This document shows positions 50,688 to 63,384 of a stretch of 64,000 bases of DNA, in pieces. Below the pieces are notes generated by a model. It was not told the DNA's origin and did not search any database. It worked only from the letters and a program-made list of their open reading frames with translations. Both the position numbers and the translations under genes were made by a program. Source of the DNA: Podarcis melisellensis (Eukaryota); the NCBI GenBank assembly GCA_964234715.1, contig OZ174281.1, one strand, 5' to 3'. Numbering within the stretch: position 1 is the stretch's first letter; each line of letters starts with the position of its first letter.

Positions 50688-51629
50688 GTAGGGTAACAAA
50701 CTATTTTGGAACCTTACCTACTCTTTCCTAAAATTTAGTAGGCTGGGTGGGGTGGAGGAAACAATTGTCTTCCCTATACTGCGTCAAATCACCTCTTAAC
50801 TTCACCCTGCTAGATTGTGCTGGGAGCTGAGAAGAGTCACATGTGGAGAAAAGAGTACTAGGTACATTAGGCTATGGTGAGTGGTCCATGACTGCTTTCA
50901 TCCTAACACAGTAATAAAGGAGTGGATGGTCCTCCAGTTGTTAGACTTCAGCTCCCATCAGTTCCAGCCAGCATGGTCAATGGGAATCGTAGATCTACAA
51001 CCTCTGAAAGGCTTCCCATCTCTGCCCTAGTGTTTGCTGTGTTTGATTCCCAGTAGCTGAGGTAAACATAGAAAATTACTGCTTGATGCAAGACTCCTCT
51101 GTCCCTAGTGTTGAGCATTCTTGAGGGAATGGCAATAGCAACTGCTAAGTACTTTTTCCAGTGAGCTTCATTCTCCATTCTTCGGTGTCCGGAGCAGTCA
51201 GCTTTAATAAAAAAAAAGGTAAATGTAGGAATTTTGTTTTTTAAAATAGTGGCATTATATGACAATTTTTCTTCTAAAAAAGCAGTGCTAATTAAACCTG
51301 GTAAAGCTGTAGCTTTTTGCAAACAGAGAATGTTCCTCTAGTTTGACAAAATTCCATTGAGTAATGGATTGAAATTGTTAGGATTTCTGCTCTGATTTTC
51401 TGAAAGAGAGGGTGCTGCATTTGTTAGATTCTAAATATTGCTTCTAATATAACAAGTGACTGTTGACTTCAGATTTTTTTCTCACAAGTAAAAAAAAAAA
51501 GTTACCTGAAGACTTCAAAATAGTCAAAATATAATTCTTTGTATAGTTGACTTATTGCATTCTTGCCAAAACCTTTGGTCACGTATTTATGAATCATGCG
51601 CTCAGTTTAATTCATTATGTTTGTCTTAG

Positions 51630-51843
51630 CAAGCCTTGGAAAACAGTGGGCTGTCTTCAATCCCAGTCTCAACAAATGCAGACTGCAGTGAAAACAAGAC
51701 TCCTTCAAGTCAGGATGAAAATGCAGAAGTTCAGAATCAAGTCAACACTAGCAATCCAGAACCAATTAAAGAGCAAGAAAATCCAGAAAAAGTAGAGAAA
51801 AAGGAAAAAAGAGTTCTGAAGAAAAAATCCCAGTTTCTACCTG
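51630..51843 (+). CDS. ZNF236: ZNF236 exon 9 (QALENSGLSSIP...KKEKRVLKKKSQFLP)
   Basis: gtcttag acceptor, gtaata donor; 214 nt, phase 0-1; basic NLS-like stretch. Confidence 0.92.
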
Positions 51844-53200
51844 GTAATAATGAAACTGTTCACTATATAATACCACTTATTATTGTTTATCACATCCATT
51901 TTTCCTTCTTGTCACCATCCCGTGGAACAGATACTGGGTCCTTTCAATTCACTAGGAGTCAGGTTCTTTGAAGACAACTTGGCTGGGGATTGGACTAGGA
52001 TGCAATTTCTGCTTCCTCATTGGAGCCAATCTCTTGTCCTCTTGGAGAATCGGGTGGAAGATTAGATGGGTGAAAATATGAGGTTGAGTGTAGTTTATCA
52101 GTCTTGTAAACTTAGTCCCCTTGTCCTAGAAGTCCAGGAGGGGTGAGTTGATCACATTCTGGGTTCTTGGTCTTGCCAATGTGTACCAGGGACTAACTCC
52201 TCATAACCAGACATGACTCTAATCCCAGTATTCCCAAGATTTGGGCACCCTAACTTTCTGGCTATAAAAATTCCAATCTCCTTTTTTCCATGAGAAGGTT
52301 AGGTAATTCTTGCACTGTGCAGAACAAATAACTCTTAATGTGCTCTTCACATGTAGCAAAGGATTCAGACCCATTGTAACCTCAGTTCCCATGTTCTGGT
52401 TTTTCTTGAAGATGGGCTCAAGCGAGGTCTTAAGTCTGACATTCTCAGTGACAACTGACAGACTATTTTTAGCTGGTGAGGTCCAGTAGGTCTCCTCATG
52501 TCCTCCTTAGGGCTGCCACACATCTCCCCATTGTAAAGTAAATATAATCACCAAACATCTCTTAGACGTGTTCACTTTTTAACTCTTAGTCAAGACTGTA
52601 TTCCTTGTAGTTATTAACTCACAGGCTAGTCCTCTGGCCAGACCTTTTCTTAGTTTCTAAAACCAATTCCCATTTCCATCTTACGCTCTAAAACTAAGCA
52701 TATTAATGGAACTGTTAAAATCTTACCTGTGCAGGACACATCCCCTTCAGTCAATTCCCCTCCATTTGCCACTTTTGAGGAGAGTTATGACACCTTAAAC
52801 TATCTTACCCATAAAAAACAGTGCTACTTGAATATTCTACTCTTTCCAAATATATTAAACACCTTCTCTTAATTAATACATTTTTTCAATAGAATTTATT
52901 TAGGGCAGTTGATCAGTTTAAAGAAAACCTCACTGTATAATCTAGTTCCATTTATTTCCCATTGCTTGTTTTATTTTAATCTAATATTGTGATTAAAGCT
53001 AGTTTCTTGTACTTCCAATTTTGTTTAAATCTGAGAAGAGCCGTGACTAAAGGGAAATGGAAGATGTCTTCACTTTGTTTACCATAATTTAATATTGAGT
53101 CTCCTTCTCAAATTCTGACTTCTCTTTCTGAGACTGTTGTATTAATAGTATTTTAAGTAGTAAAATATGTACTTCTGTGATCTCTAAAATTATATTTCAG

Positions 53201-53473
53201 GTACCATACGTGAGGAAAATGGAATACGATGGCATATTTGTCCGTATTGTTCTAAAGAATTTAAAAAGCCCAGTGATCTAGTGAGACACATCCGCATTCA
53301 CACTCATGAAAAGCCATTCAAATGTCCGCAGTGTTTCCGGGCCTTTGCTGTGAAGAGCACCCTCACAGCACACATTAAAACACATACCGGCATTAAGGCT
53401 TTTAAGTGCCAGTACTGTATGAAGAGCTTTTCTACCTCAGGAAGTTTAAAAGTGCATATTCGCTTACATACAG
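53201..53473 (+). CDS. ZNF236: ZNF236 exon 10 ([17 protein letters not shown]...HIRLHT; fingers 10-12)
   Basis: tttcag acceptor, gtaagc donor; 273 nt, phase 1-1. Confidence 0.96.
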
Positions 53474-54632
53474 GTAAGCTATCACATTTATCTTTTCTTA
53501 ATACTGAGAGAACTTCCTTAGGAATCGGAAAGTCTTACTGAAAGTTGCTTATGTGCCTTTTACATGCAGGACATTTTATCTGATTAAATAGCAAGAAATC
53601 TGAAAATATTTCCCCCCCAGTTTTTTTTTTAACAGTTTTAATCAGTAATATGAAAAACTTCAAATATTTTCGACTTCCAGGTTTGAAATCTTGCCAAGTT
53701 CTCACTTTAGCAAGGGATGTTAATTTTTTTTTTTTTTTTTAATGTCAGGAGCTTCATCTGCGTGTCTATTTTAACCAAAGCAGGGTGAGGCAGTGAAATT
53801 GTATTGACTCAACCCACATTGCCTTCATGCGCACTGTTCATAAAATTTTACAGAAGAGTTGCCATGTTATTCTTTTGCAGAAAATACAACAGAACTTTGT
53901 TTTTGCTTATCCTCTAATTTACTAGTCCTTAAGATGCCGTAAAAGTAAAACTCTTCATTGGTTGCGGCTGTAATATATAACTGATGCTCAAGTGATTTTC
54001 ACCTTAAGTTTCACATGTATTAGCCCAATAATGCATGATCCTTAAATGACAAAATTGGGACTACAGATTGACTTTATATTGCATGTTATGTATGGATAAC
54101 ATGTGGTAGAAAGACAGAAGGATGGATGAAATTTTGGTGTTCCACCACAGATTGGTTATACTTACTTTTGTCAGTGTTTGACTGGGACAGTAGTTGTATT
54201 TAAGATGTGATTTGAATAAGCATCCTGTAACATGTGCAGTATTATTTAAATGTGGATATTGCCAGTGCTGTACTATGTTGCTTTTGGATGTGTATTGCCA
54301 CCCATGGTCAGGTGTAACTCATCTCATTTAGCTATGTTTAGGTAGAGCTGGATTGGGTATTAAATGTTTTGGAGCATGGAAGAGGAGCAGGAAGAAGTGT
54401 GCAAGTTCAAATATTGCATATGAACTCAGTGTCCTACACTGGTAGGACGTCAGTATCACACAGACTTTATTTCGCACAGACTTTATCACACAGACATATT
54501 TCACATGCTGAATTATGTATAGAGGCTGTAAAGGGGAAAGTTTCTAGATGAGGTCAAGAAATACATTTACCCTTTTGTCTTGCTTTCGAAGCTGTAGAAT
54601 ATTAAACACATAATACGCTATTCTTTTTTTAG

Positions 54633-54836
54633 GTATTAGACCTTTTGCTTGCCCACACTGTGATAAAAAGTTCCGAACTTCTGGTCACAGAAAGACACAC
54701 ATTGCCTCTCATTTTAAACACACGGAACTAAGAAAGATGAGGCATCAGCGTAAACCTGCAAAGTTTCGTACAGGAAAGACAAGTGTTCCAGTACCTGATA
54801 TCCCTTTGCAAGAACCTATACTCATCACAGATTTAG
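54633..54836 (+). CDS. ZNF236: ZNF236 exon 11 ([27 protein letters not shown]...EPILITDL; finger 13)
   Basis: tttttttag acceptor, gtaaag donor; 204 nt, phase 1-1. Not in the ORF track. Confidence 0.95.
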
Positions 54837-56014
54837 GTAAAGTGTGCACAGTATGATTTGCTTGCATAAAGTCTTACTTTTTAGCTTTAGAATAAAACTA
54901 AAAACCAGGAATCCCGGTTGACCAAAGAGATGCCTGAGGAAAATGCTTGTTGATTGTGTTTTGATGGTCATTACTGTGAAAGCTGTTATGTAATTAGGCA
55001 TGTAGCTTACTTTGTAATCCTTTGAGTCATTGATTCGGTTAAAGAGACATTTTGGATAGAGCACAGTGTCTGCTGCAGTAATGCAGTTATCATGACTTGC
55101 AGCATTACACTTATAACACAAGCTCAGTATGTGGTTCATGGAACAAATCAGATTTGTATGCCTGTAATTGTGTGAAAAGCTGAAAGATGATACGTAGTAG
55201 TTTTTAAAATTTAATGCAGCGAAGATATACAAGCAAAGAAATATTCTACATTTTCAGCATAATTGTTCTCAGCCTGTTGGTCATCTGAGATTTTAAATAG
55301 CATAGTGTAAATAACTACCAGGTCTTTGCAAAATTAAGCTGGTACCTTCTGATAGCTAGTTTGCTTATTAAAAAAAGGAAAACATTTCCTTAGATAGACA
55401 CACAGGAATATATTTAAGGCTTTAAAGAGTGTTTTAAGTTTTAACATTCACATAAGCTAAAGTAACAATAGTGTCTTCTTTACTCCATATGAAGTGGAAG
55501 GAAGGATATAATTACAATAATTACATTTTATTTATAATTGCATTTCATTTAGGAGCAAGAATATGGCTGTATTTGGACAATCAGGATCTTGGCTTAATAT
55601 GCTGAGATAGGTACAAAGGTCAGGCACCTGCATGCAACTATGTTACTCCTCCCTTCTTGTAAACACATAATCATGCCAGGAAGCCTCAGTTAACCAGAGC
55701 TTCTCATTGCATTCAGACTGGGAATTATGGTTAATTACTTCTAAGCAAGCCAGAACACGAAGCCATGATTTAAAGATGGCTTCAGTATTCTGGCTGTTTT
55801 CGAAGCCCTTAACCATAGGAAGTGTGGTTCCTGACATGCTTCACCTTTCATGTGAAGAGCAAAGCAGTTATGCGTGGCTGAGGTTTGTCCATATTTCAGT
55901 TTCTTAAGCTAAGAGCATGACCATTTGAAAACAGCTGCTGTTAGGTGTTACAATTGTTTCAGTATTTGAAACTGTCTCAGTTTGATCCATCTTTTTCTTT
56001 CCTTCTCTATACAG

Positions 56015-56159
56015 GTCTTATCCAGCCAATCCCAAGAAATAGCCAGTTCTTCCAAAATTACTTCAATAATAATTTTGTGAATGAAGCGGATAGGCCATAT
56101 AAATGTTATTACTGTCATAGAGCATATAAAAAGTCTTGCCATCTTAAACAGCATATACG
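56015..56159 (+). CDS. ZNF236: ZNF236 exon 12 ([17 protein letters not shown]...[11 protein letters not shown]; most of finger 14)
   Basis: tatacag acceptor, CG|gtaaat donor; 145 nt, phase 1-2. Confidence 0.95.
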
Positions 56160-57256
56160 GTAAATGCAAGAGCAAAGATGTGGGTGGCTGAGAGAATGTT
56201 CTAAAAATTAAAGAACAGGAAATAGTTCTTTCTCTGTATTCACACATCTGTCCCGTGCTGCTATACTGCCAATATACTTGCTGTTTCACCTTCGTTCCAA
56301 AGGCATAGAACATTAAGGTTTAGAAAGCACAAAATACAAAGCTGCGAGAGAGTGTAATTTTTTTTTCTTTGTGAGATTAAGAGGGAATCTTCACTTCCCT
56401 AAATAGTGCTGACTTTGTCCTGCGAATAGTGAGGTGCCCTGTATACCCAAATTAGATAAATATATTAAAATAAATAGATGGTATAATAATGTAATTATTT
56501 CATCATATAATTTTATTATATGCTAGTGTTCAGCACCCCTAAGTTTAGATCCACCCCAAATCATGATGCATTATGCCTAGCTTATTCCACCCTACTCCCT
56601 TTGAACCACTGATTCTTCCTTAACAATCAGCAGTAATGATAAAATAATTTATAAAAGTACAGCAGCATGTTTATAACTTGGGCTTGGTAGCAACAAATTT
56701 ATGGGTTCAACCCTGTAACTGGAAATAATTATAGCTATAGAATAAATAATTACTTTTAGGTTTATATATTTAAAAACCCCAGTTATAATGCAATTTAGTA
56801 TGACTATATACTAATAACAAACTCATTCTCCAAGTACTTATTTGTATGCGGCTATATTGGCACCATCTACACATAGTAGGAACACACTAGTAAGATTGGG
56901 GGAAACCAGAGCTTTACAGAAGCATGCACACACCCTTCAGAAAAAAAAAATCTGTAAGGGAGAGAAGAGACATCAAAACAGTTAAGTGAGGACCAAACAT
57001 GTTCAGTGGGCACAAAACGCTGGCTGATGCTTTGTGGGGGAGGGCGGAGGGGGTGGGTTGGAATGGCTTGAAACTTGGAACAGCAGCATTTTGTTGCAGG
57101 TCCTACTGTGAACGTATAATAAAATACTTACAAATCAGTTTTGCTGACTTGGGAACAGTTATATGAGCGCCCCTCTTCCACCTGATCATTAATAATCTTG
57201 AACTTGAACATTTGCTCTTCCTTCCGTCACACTTTGGCATTTATTTATTTTTTAAG

Positions 57257-57517
57257 ATCACATACTGGTGAGAAACCATTCAAATGTTCTCAGTGTGGAA
57301 GAGGCTTTGTGTCTGCTGGAGTATTGAAAGCACATATCCGAACACACACAGGATTGAAAGCTTTCAAGTGTCTAATATGCAACGGGGCTTTCACAACTGG
57401 CGGGAGTTTAAGGAGGCATATGGGCATCCATAATGACCTTCGACCATATATGTGCCCATATTGTCAGAAAACGTTCAAAACCTCATTAAACTGCAAAAAA
57501 CACATGAAAACTCACAG
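57257..57517 (+). CDS. ZNF236: ZNF236 exon 13 ([13 protein letters not shown]...CKKHMKTHR; fingers 15-17)
   Basis: ttttaag acceptor, AG|gtacgt donor; 261 nt, phase 2-2. Confidence 0.96.
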
Positions 57518-58239
57518 GTACGTGTGTTTTAACTGTATGCTTTCTACGGGCACTTGATCTTGTCTTGCTACTGTCTGCTTGGGCAGCCAACCTTTTCAGT
57601 TTGGAAATTTAAGGGGTCTTCTCAGTGTGCCAATAATGAATTCCTAACCAACTTCTAAATGAGTGATTAGGGCTAGCATGGTGTCAGCATTTGGCTTGGT
57701 CATGGAAGGGTCAGGGCCCCAGCAGTTACACATTGATACTACTATAAAAAAAAAACATGTTCAAGGCCTATCACTGGGTAGGGAAGCACTAGGCTGGACA
57801 ACTGTAGCATCTCCCTTTGTCCAGTGCTTGCTCCTGTCTCCAGTCTAGTGTTATTTTGCAATTTTATATTGGGGCACAGAGGACCCTTGACAGATGTATT
57901 TTCTGGGGTGGTGGAGTAGGAAAATGTAGCTATGTTGGGTCTGGGACTTCTCCATGTAGTGTAGGACCCATCTCAATGTTCAGCTAACATTGTGTGCCAA
58001 TGCCACCAGTTGTCCTTGCAGCTCACAGCAACATGGTGCCCATTTTGTAAGTAATATTTTGTTGCAGGTGAGCAGAATGGAAATTTGCTATGATTGAAGG
58101 AAGATAGTAAGGTAGTCAAATACAGACTAAGTTATTTTGTTATCCTGCGGTTTTTTAGATATACGCACAGTTAAAAGATGCTCCTACTGTCAACCTCATG
58201 TTTCGTTAGTGCAATAGAACTGTCGTCTTCCTCTTTCAG

Positions 58240-58487
58240 GTATGAGCTTGCACAACAGCTGCAACAGCACCAGCAAGCTTCGATTGATGATACAACAGTA
58301 GACCAGCAGAGCATTCATGTTTCTACTCAGATGCAAGTTGAGATTGAAAGTGAAGAGCTGCAGCAAACTGAAGCTGTTGCAACAGATCAAGAAACTATTT
58401 TAGATTTGGACCAGCAGCAGGTTGTGGACTCGGAGGAAACTGAACTGAGGCCACAGTTGACTGATCAACCACTTGGTCAAGAGGAAG
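58240..58487 (+). CDS. ZNF236: ZNF236 exon 14 ([17 protein letters not shown]...PLGQEE; acidic/Q-rich)
   Basis: ctttcag acceptor, gtaaat donor; 248 nt, phase 2-1. Confidence 0.93.
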
Positions 58488-58952
58488 GTAAATGTAGTAG
58501 AAAAGATTGGTAAATAAGTCAGTTTAAAGAGAAATTAGTTTAGCAGCTATCCTTAAATGTTGTGATTAGGCTTAATGAACCTGATTTATTTTTTTTGCGA
58601 GTCTACTGTGCAAAGCTGCAGCAGTAGCTGAGTGGTGATATGAATGGTCTTATTAATGCATCATTTATTGGGGACAAATCTCAACTCAGTATAAGTTTCA
58701 GGCTTTCTGTGAACCTTCCTTTCATTGCAGAAAGAAAGTCACATTAGACCCAAGCTGCAGCTCGTTCATTGAACATGATCGGTATTAGAAACAGATGTGA
58801 CAGCTAGAAGCTAAATGATACCTTAAACCTGGGTTATGGGTACCACAACAGAGTGCCTAGGCATGCTTTTTTATAGCAAGAATACAAAGCTGAAATTTAA
58901 TGGACTGCAGTAAAATCTTATGTTCATTTTTCACATTTCATTTCATTTCCAG

Positions 58953-59054
58953 ATAGATTTGTGACATCCCAACATGCACTTCAAGAAAATATGAATCAGT
59001 TTGAGCAGCAGACTATAGCACAGCAAGCATTTGATCAGCAAGCATTATCACAAG
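58953..59054 (+). CDS. ZNF236: ZNF236 exon 15 (DRFVTSQHALQENMNQFEQQTIAQQAFDQQALSQ)
   Basis: tttccag acceptor, gttagt donor; 102 nt, phase 1-1, open frame. Confidence 0.88.
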
Positions 59055-59447
59055 GTTAGTAAATGTCTAAATAATACTTTTCAAAGTGACCTATGAGTAT
59101 GTTTTTGCAATGTTTGAAAGCTTCAACAGCATTCAGCTGCACAGTGACTGCAGTTCCAGAACGTCACCACATCTACAGAAAAAGGTTGGTGCTTGTGAAA
59201 CTGATTGAGTGGAGTTTCAGAGCCAATCTAATTTGTGAAACTACAGGTTTAATTATTTTCTTTTAGGAAAGTTTTCTGTTTTATTCATCTTATAGAAATG
59301 GAAGATATTAAGTAATGCTAGACAAAGCATGGTTTTAAATCTGTATTGTAGAATATTTCTATTTTACTTGGAATGCTCTCTACATATTTCCTATTCTTTG
59401 AAGGTTATTTGATGATCCAGGAGCCATTCAGAAATTTTAAATCTCAG

Positions 59448-59516
59448 ATATATATATGTTTGTGTGTGTGTGTGTGTGTGTGTAGGTATAGGTATGTATA
59501 GGTATAGGTATATATA
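59448..59516. repeat. Compound (TA)n(TG)n(TAGGTA)n microsatellite
   Basis: Read directly; abuts the BovB tail insertion. Confidence 0.9.
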
Positions 59517-59521
59517 AAGAA

Positions 59522-59573
59522 TGGTCCATGGGGTCACGAAGAGTCGGACACGACTAAACGACTAAACAACAAC
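59522..59573 (+). mobile_element. BovB extreme 3' tail (52 bp insertion)
   Basis: GGTCCATGGGGTCACGAAGAGTCGGACACGACTAAACGACTAAACAACAAC; 12-bp TSD ATATATAAAGAA at 59510-59521 and 59574-59585. Confidence 0.9.
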
Positions 59574-59689
59574 ATATATAAAGAAACATGTGTTTAACTT
59601 AGGTGTTTTTTTTACTAGTAAGATAGGAAAATGAAAGTCTTACATTATAGTTGCGTTGTCCTTCCATGATGATAGTTCCCCTGCTGTCA

Positions 59690-60058
59690 GGGAGAAGGAG
59701 GGTCTTGGGGAAGGAGAACATCACTCTGAGGAAAAGGGGAACAGCTCCTTAGGAAGGGACTCATTCTTTGGGGGATGAGCAGCTATCCTCTTGTGCTGAG
59801 GATATTTCTCTGGGGGGTGGAGTGGAGAGATCCTGGCGGTGGGCAATTTGATCATTAGGAACATATACCTATCCCCTGGATTGCCTGGTAGATAGTTCTG
59901 AAATGGAGTCAGTGGTTGTGATGGATGGTGGCTTCTTTCAAAAAAAATGGAAGTCTTGTCTAAATGAAGAGAACAAAAAGGAATATAAACTTTGGCAAAA
60001 GAAGTGCAAGTGTAAGGGATGCTTAAAAAAAGAATTTGAGGAACACCTTGCTAAGAAC
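59690..60058 (+). mobile_element. CR1 internal fragments (ORF1-esterase-like and ORF2-like)
   Basis: KKWKSCLNEENKKEYKLWQKKCK...KKEFEEHLAKNI resembles the CR1 ORF2 tether region; upstream ILAVGNLIIRNI...CL resembles the esterase motif. Confidence 0.6.
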
Positions 60059-60672
60059 ATTGAGGCCGGTAATGGGACTACCCAGGTGTATAAGGCAACA
60101 AAGTTGGCATCTGGGTTGATTGCAGGCTCTGGTACCAGTTTCCATATTAAGTTTGGTTGCTGTATTATTGTGGGTGAGGAGGAATTTAAGATTGGGTGGC
60201 TGTCTGTAGGCTATGAAAGGTCTTCCTCCCAGAGCTTGAGACAGAGACTTCAGTCTCCCAGGACATTCAATACAAGATCTCAAAGTGGCTGTCCTATTAC
60301 AAAAGAATTTCAGGAATAGATTTGAAAGAGAAGTTGCTGAATTACAACTTATCACTAAACTGAAAATATGGAGAGACCTGGTCTGAACAGCAATATTGGA
60401 TTCTTATCCCATTACACAGGCTAAAACGATTCTTGGTCCTTTACGTACTGTCCCTTTAAAAAAAATCTTTTGGTTTTTCTTTTTCTTGTGGGACCAACTG
60501 TCACTAACAGTCACTAACAGACTTACCATACCCATTAGCCAATCACCCATTCCCTCCCCTCCCTCTCATTATATATAGGGGTCTGATGACTTCTGTTTCA
60601 GAGTATCTGAAGAAGTGTGCATGCACACGAAAGCTCATACCTAAAACTACTCAGTTGATCTCTAAGGTGCTA
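60058..60672 (+). mobile_element. Penelope-like element: inverted 5' piece (60058-60248) plus forward GIY-YIG C-terminus and pLTR
   Basis: Minus strand: SLSQALGGRPFIAYRQPPNLK...GTRACNQPRCQLC...PITGLN. Plus strand: FSLPGHSIQDLKVAVLLQKNFRNRFEREVAELQLITKLK...GLN, then a 3'UTR ending TAAGGTGCTAC. Confidence 0.88.
60603..60640 (+). ncRNA. Minimal type I hammerhead ribozyme motif in the Penelope pLTR
   Basis: GTAT-CTGAAGA-A-GTGTG(CATG)CACAC-GAA-AGCT-C^-ATAC: intact CUGANGA and GAAA boxes, paired stems I and II, palindromic stem III. Confidence 0.75.
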
Positions 60673-61964
60673 CATTATAATTTTTAAATTCTTTTGGAAG
60701 GATTCTTTTAAAGTAAGTAAGTAAGTAAGTAAATTTTTATTTATACCCCGCCCTCCCCGGCCAAGACCGGGCTCAGGGTGGCTAACATCAAATATCAAAT
60801 ACATTAAAACACTATCAAACAATTGATTAAAATACAGCTTAAAAATTAGAATCAGGATAAAATTAAATGATTGCCCACGGATTACAACCATAGGAGTTGG
60901 GACTTTTTTGAAGACTTGATTCTTTTAAGGGTTTTTTTTTTTTTGTTTTTGTTTTTAAGAAGAGTCTTTATAACTCATTTCTTCCCATGAAAGAAGAGAA
61001 GCGGTAGATTCAGTTAAACTTCTTGTTTTTTTCAATGTGAAGTGCTGGTATAACATAAATTTTATGAGAGGAGCAAATAACTTCATGTTGAAGAGGCACA
61101 AATATAGTGGAATAGGAATTAGTTTGGGATAATGTTTATGCTGTTATTGTTTGTACTGAGTCTTACATTTTTGTGAAACCAATGTAGTTAAAGGAAGCTG
61201 GGTCAACCTGTTAGACACATGTCCACATAACATTAAATTCAGAATCTGAATGGCTCTGAGCTAATTGAAACTTTTTAAGGAAACTTCAAATTGTGTTTTG
61301 TGGAGACCATAGTTGAAAAGAAGGCAAACTTGGGGGTAAGTACCCTTATTGCTGTGCCTGTTTATTGGATGCCAATAAAGTTTCTTTTTTTTGCTGTTTT
61401 CTTGTAGATGAAAAGGAAATTATTATTGTATTTCCATAAGTTACCATTGTTTTGTTGTTTATTAGCTATGGTTTGATCCTATTGGCTTATGTCTCAGCAA
61501 CACCTAGGATTAAGCTCTACAAATTCCATATCATTTTGGTGCCACTATCGTGACTCCAAATCCCTGACCTTCCATGGCAAGGAGGACAGGGATTTTAGGA
61601 TCTATTAATTTGCAAAGGCATGTTCAATCTATGATTTAAAAATCTATGGATCTATGATTACAAATTGGTACAAGGTTTTCCTTACATCTCTTCTTGCTAG
61701 GTGAATCGTACTGTTGAGCTGTTATAGTTTGCAGAAAGTGAGTTGCTTGCATTGTAATGGATGAGTGTGAGTTATGTACTGTATAATAATAATAATAATT
61801 AATAAATTGTTCTTTATTAAATTTGTATATCACCCTATACCTGCAGGTCTCAGGGTGCTTCACAAGATAAAATCACAATATGAAAACACAAAATACATAA
61901 TAAAAAACCAAAACAATCCAATAACCTTACGCCTAATAAGGCTTTCTCATTTGTCTTTTGATAG

Positions 61965-62116
61965 GTTTTACTGTTAATGATGGCTACAGTCAGCAAAATC
62001 AATTTCCAGCAGTACAGCAGCTTCAAGATTCAAGCACCCTTGAATCCCAAGCTCTTTCAACAAGCTACCACCAACCAAATCTACTTCAGGTTCCTGCACC
62101 AGATGCTATTAATGTA
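61965..62116 (+). CDS. ZNF236: ZNF236 exon 16 ([34 protein letters not shown]...DAINV)
   Basis: ttgatag acceptor, GTA|gtaagt donor; 152 nt, phase 1-0. Confidence 0.93.
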
Positions 62117-62533
62117 GTAAGTATTTACTTGAAAGGTTTGTAGGTTTTTTTTAGCTTTGTGGAACTTGCATTCTTAGGTCAGATATTGCTGCTTCAGAGA
62201 GAAGAGCTGTACCTCTTCACCAATTGAACATTTTGCCTCCCCACAATGACCTGTAATGCCAGGACAATTGGGGGAAATGGATATGGTGACTGGACCTTTG
62301 AGACATCAGTTGTTCTAAAGTCACCACCTGCAACAGCAAAATAGAGTTAAAAAAGAAGACAAATAAAGAGTCTGTCACCTTTGCTAAAGACAAGCTTCCT
62401 TTAGGAGTAGGCCATTTTATTGCCACACAACGCTGCTTGGTTAAATGTAGAGTTTAGCCATCATTGTTACATGTTTAGGTGAGTTAATTTTAGTATTGTA
62501 TTGACAACTGAAAAATTAATATTTGCTTCCCAG

Positions 62534-62634
62534 ACCACCCGCCTGATTCAAGATCAGTCACAAGAACTTGAGCTGCATCCTCAACGCTCTCAGTTTCTGG
62601 AAGATAATGAAGATCAAAGCAAGCGTTCTTACAG
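62534..62634 (+). CDS. ZNF236: ZNF236 exon 17 ([34 protein letters not shown])
   Basis: ttcccag acceptor and a weak AG|gttttt donor; 101 nt, phase 0-2, required to join exon 18 in frame. Confidence 0.9.
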
Positions 62635-62938
62635 GTTTTTTGAACTTTGCAATTGGCCATTCTTATGTAGCTGTTGAAAGGAAAAGTCCACTCTCTTACT
62701 GAACACAGTGGGACTTACTTCTGAGCAAACACAGATTTGCAATGTAAATTGGTTTATGGGCTGAATATATGTCACTGGGAAACATTTAAGTCATAAATTC
62801 ATGAACTACAACTCTGTATAATAATATCATTTGTTGCTAGCAGTAAACCAGGAAGCAATGACATGTCATATATTTATTTACAGGCCATCATCAAAGTTGA
62901 CTTTTCATTTCATTCCAATTGAACTTCCATTTTTGTAG

Positions 62939-63090
62939 GTGTGAATATTGCAACAAGGGTTTCAAGAAATCCAGCCACTTGAAGCAGCATGTACGTTCTC
63001 ACACTGGAGAAAAGCCTTATAAATGCCAGTTATGTGGACGAGGATTTGTTTCTTCTGGGGTTCTTAAATCTCACGAGAAGACACATACAG
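62939..63090 (+). CDS. ZNF236: ZNF236 exon 18 ([17 protein letters not shown]...HEKTHT; fingers 18-19)
   Basis: tttgtag acceptor, gtgata donor; 152 nt, phase 2-1. Confidence 0.95.
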
Positions 63091-63384
63091 GTGATAAAGC
63101 AGTAGTAATATGTGGTTCTTTTGCAAGTCATTTTAAACCTTTTAATTCTCCTGTGTCCAAAAGAAGAGCATGACAGTATAAGAATTTCCTCCTGAATTAA
63201 ACCAAAGGTCATGTAGTCTGACTTTCTGTTCTCAACAGTGGCTACTAAGCAGTCCAAAGCAAAGCATATAAGTCATTGCCATCTCCAGAATTCAAAGCAT
63301 TCTGCTTCTGATATGGAGATCCCATTCATCTGACATGCGTAATGGTTATTGGTAGAACAGCCTTTTAAAATGGTCTAAATTAGA

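Noticed and set aside
42397-62944. Many exons begin with GT (AG|GT), resembling recursive splice sites; also ttgcag|gtgagc at 58065-58073
   Set aside because: Mostly explained by split Gly/Arg codons in finger linkers; these introns are short, unlike typical recursive-splicing introns.
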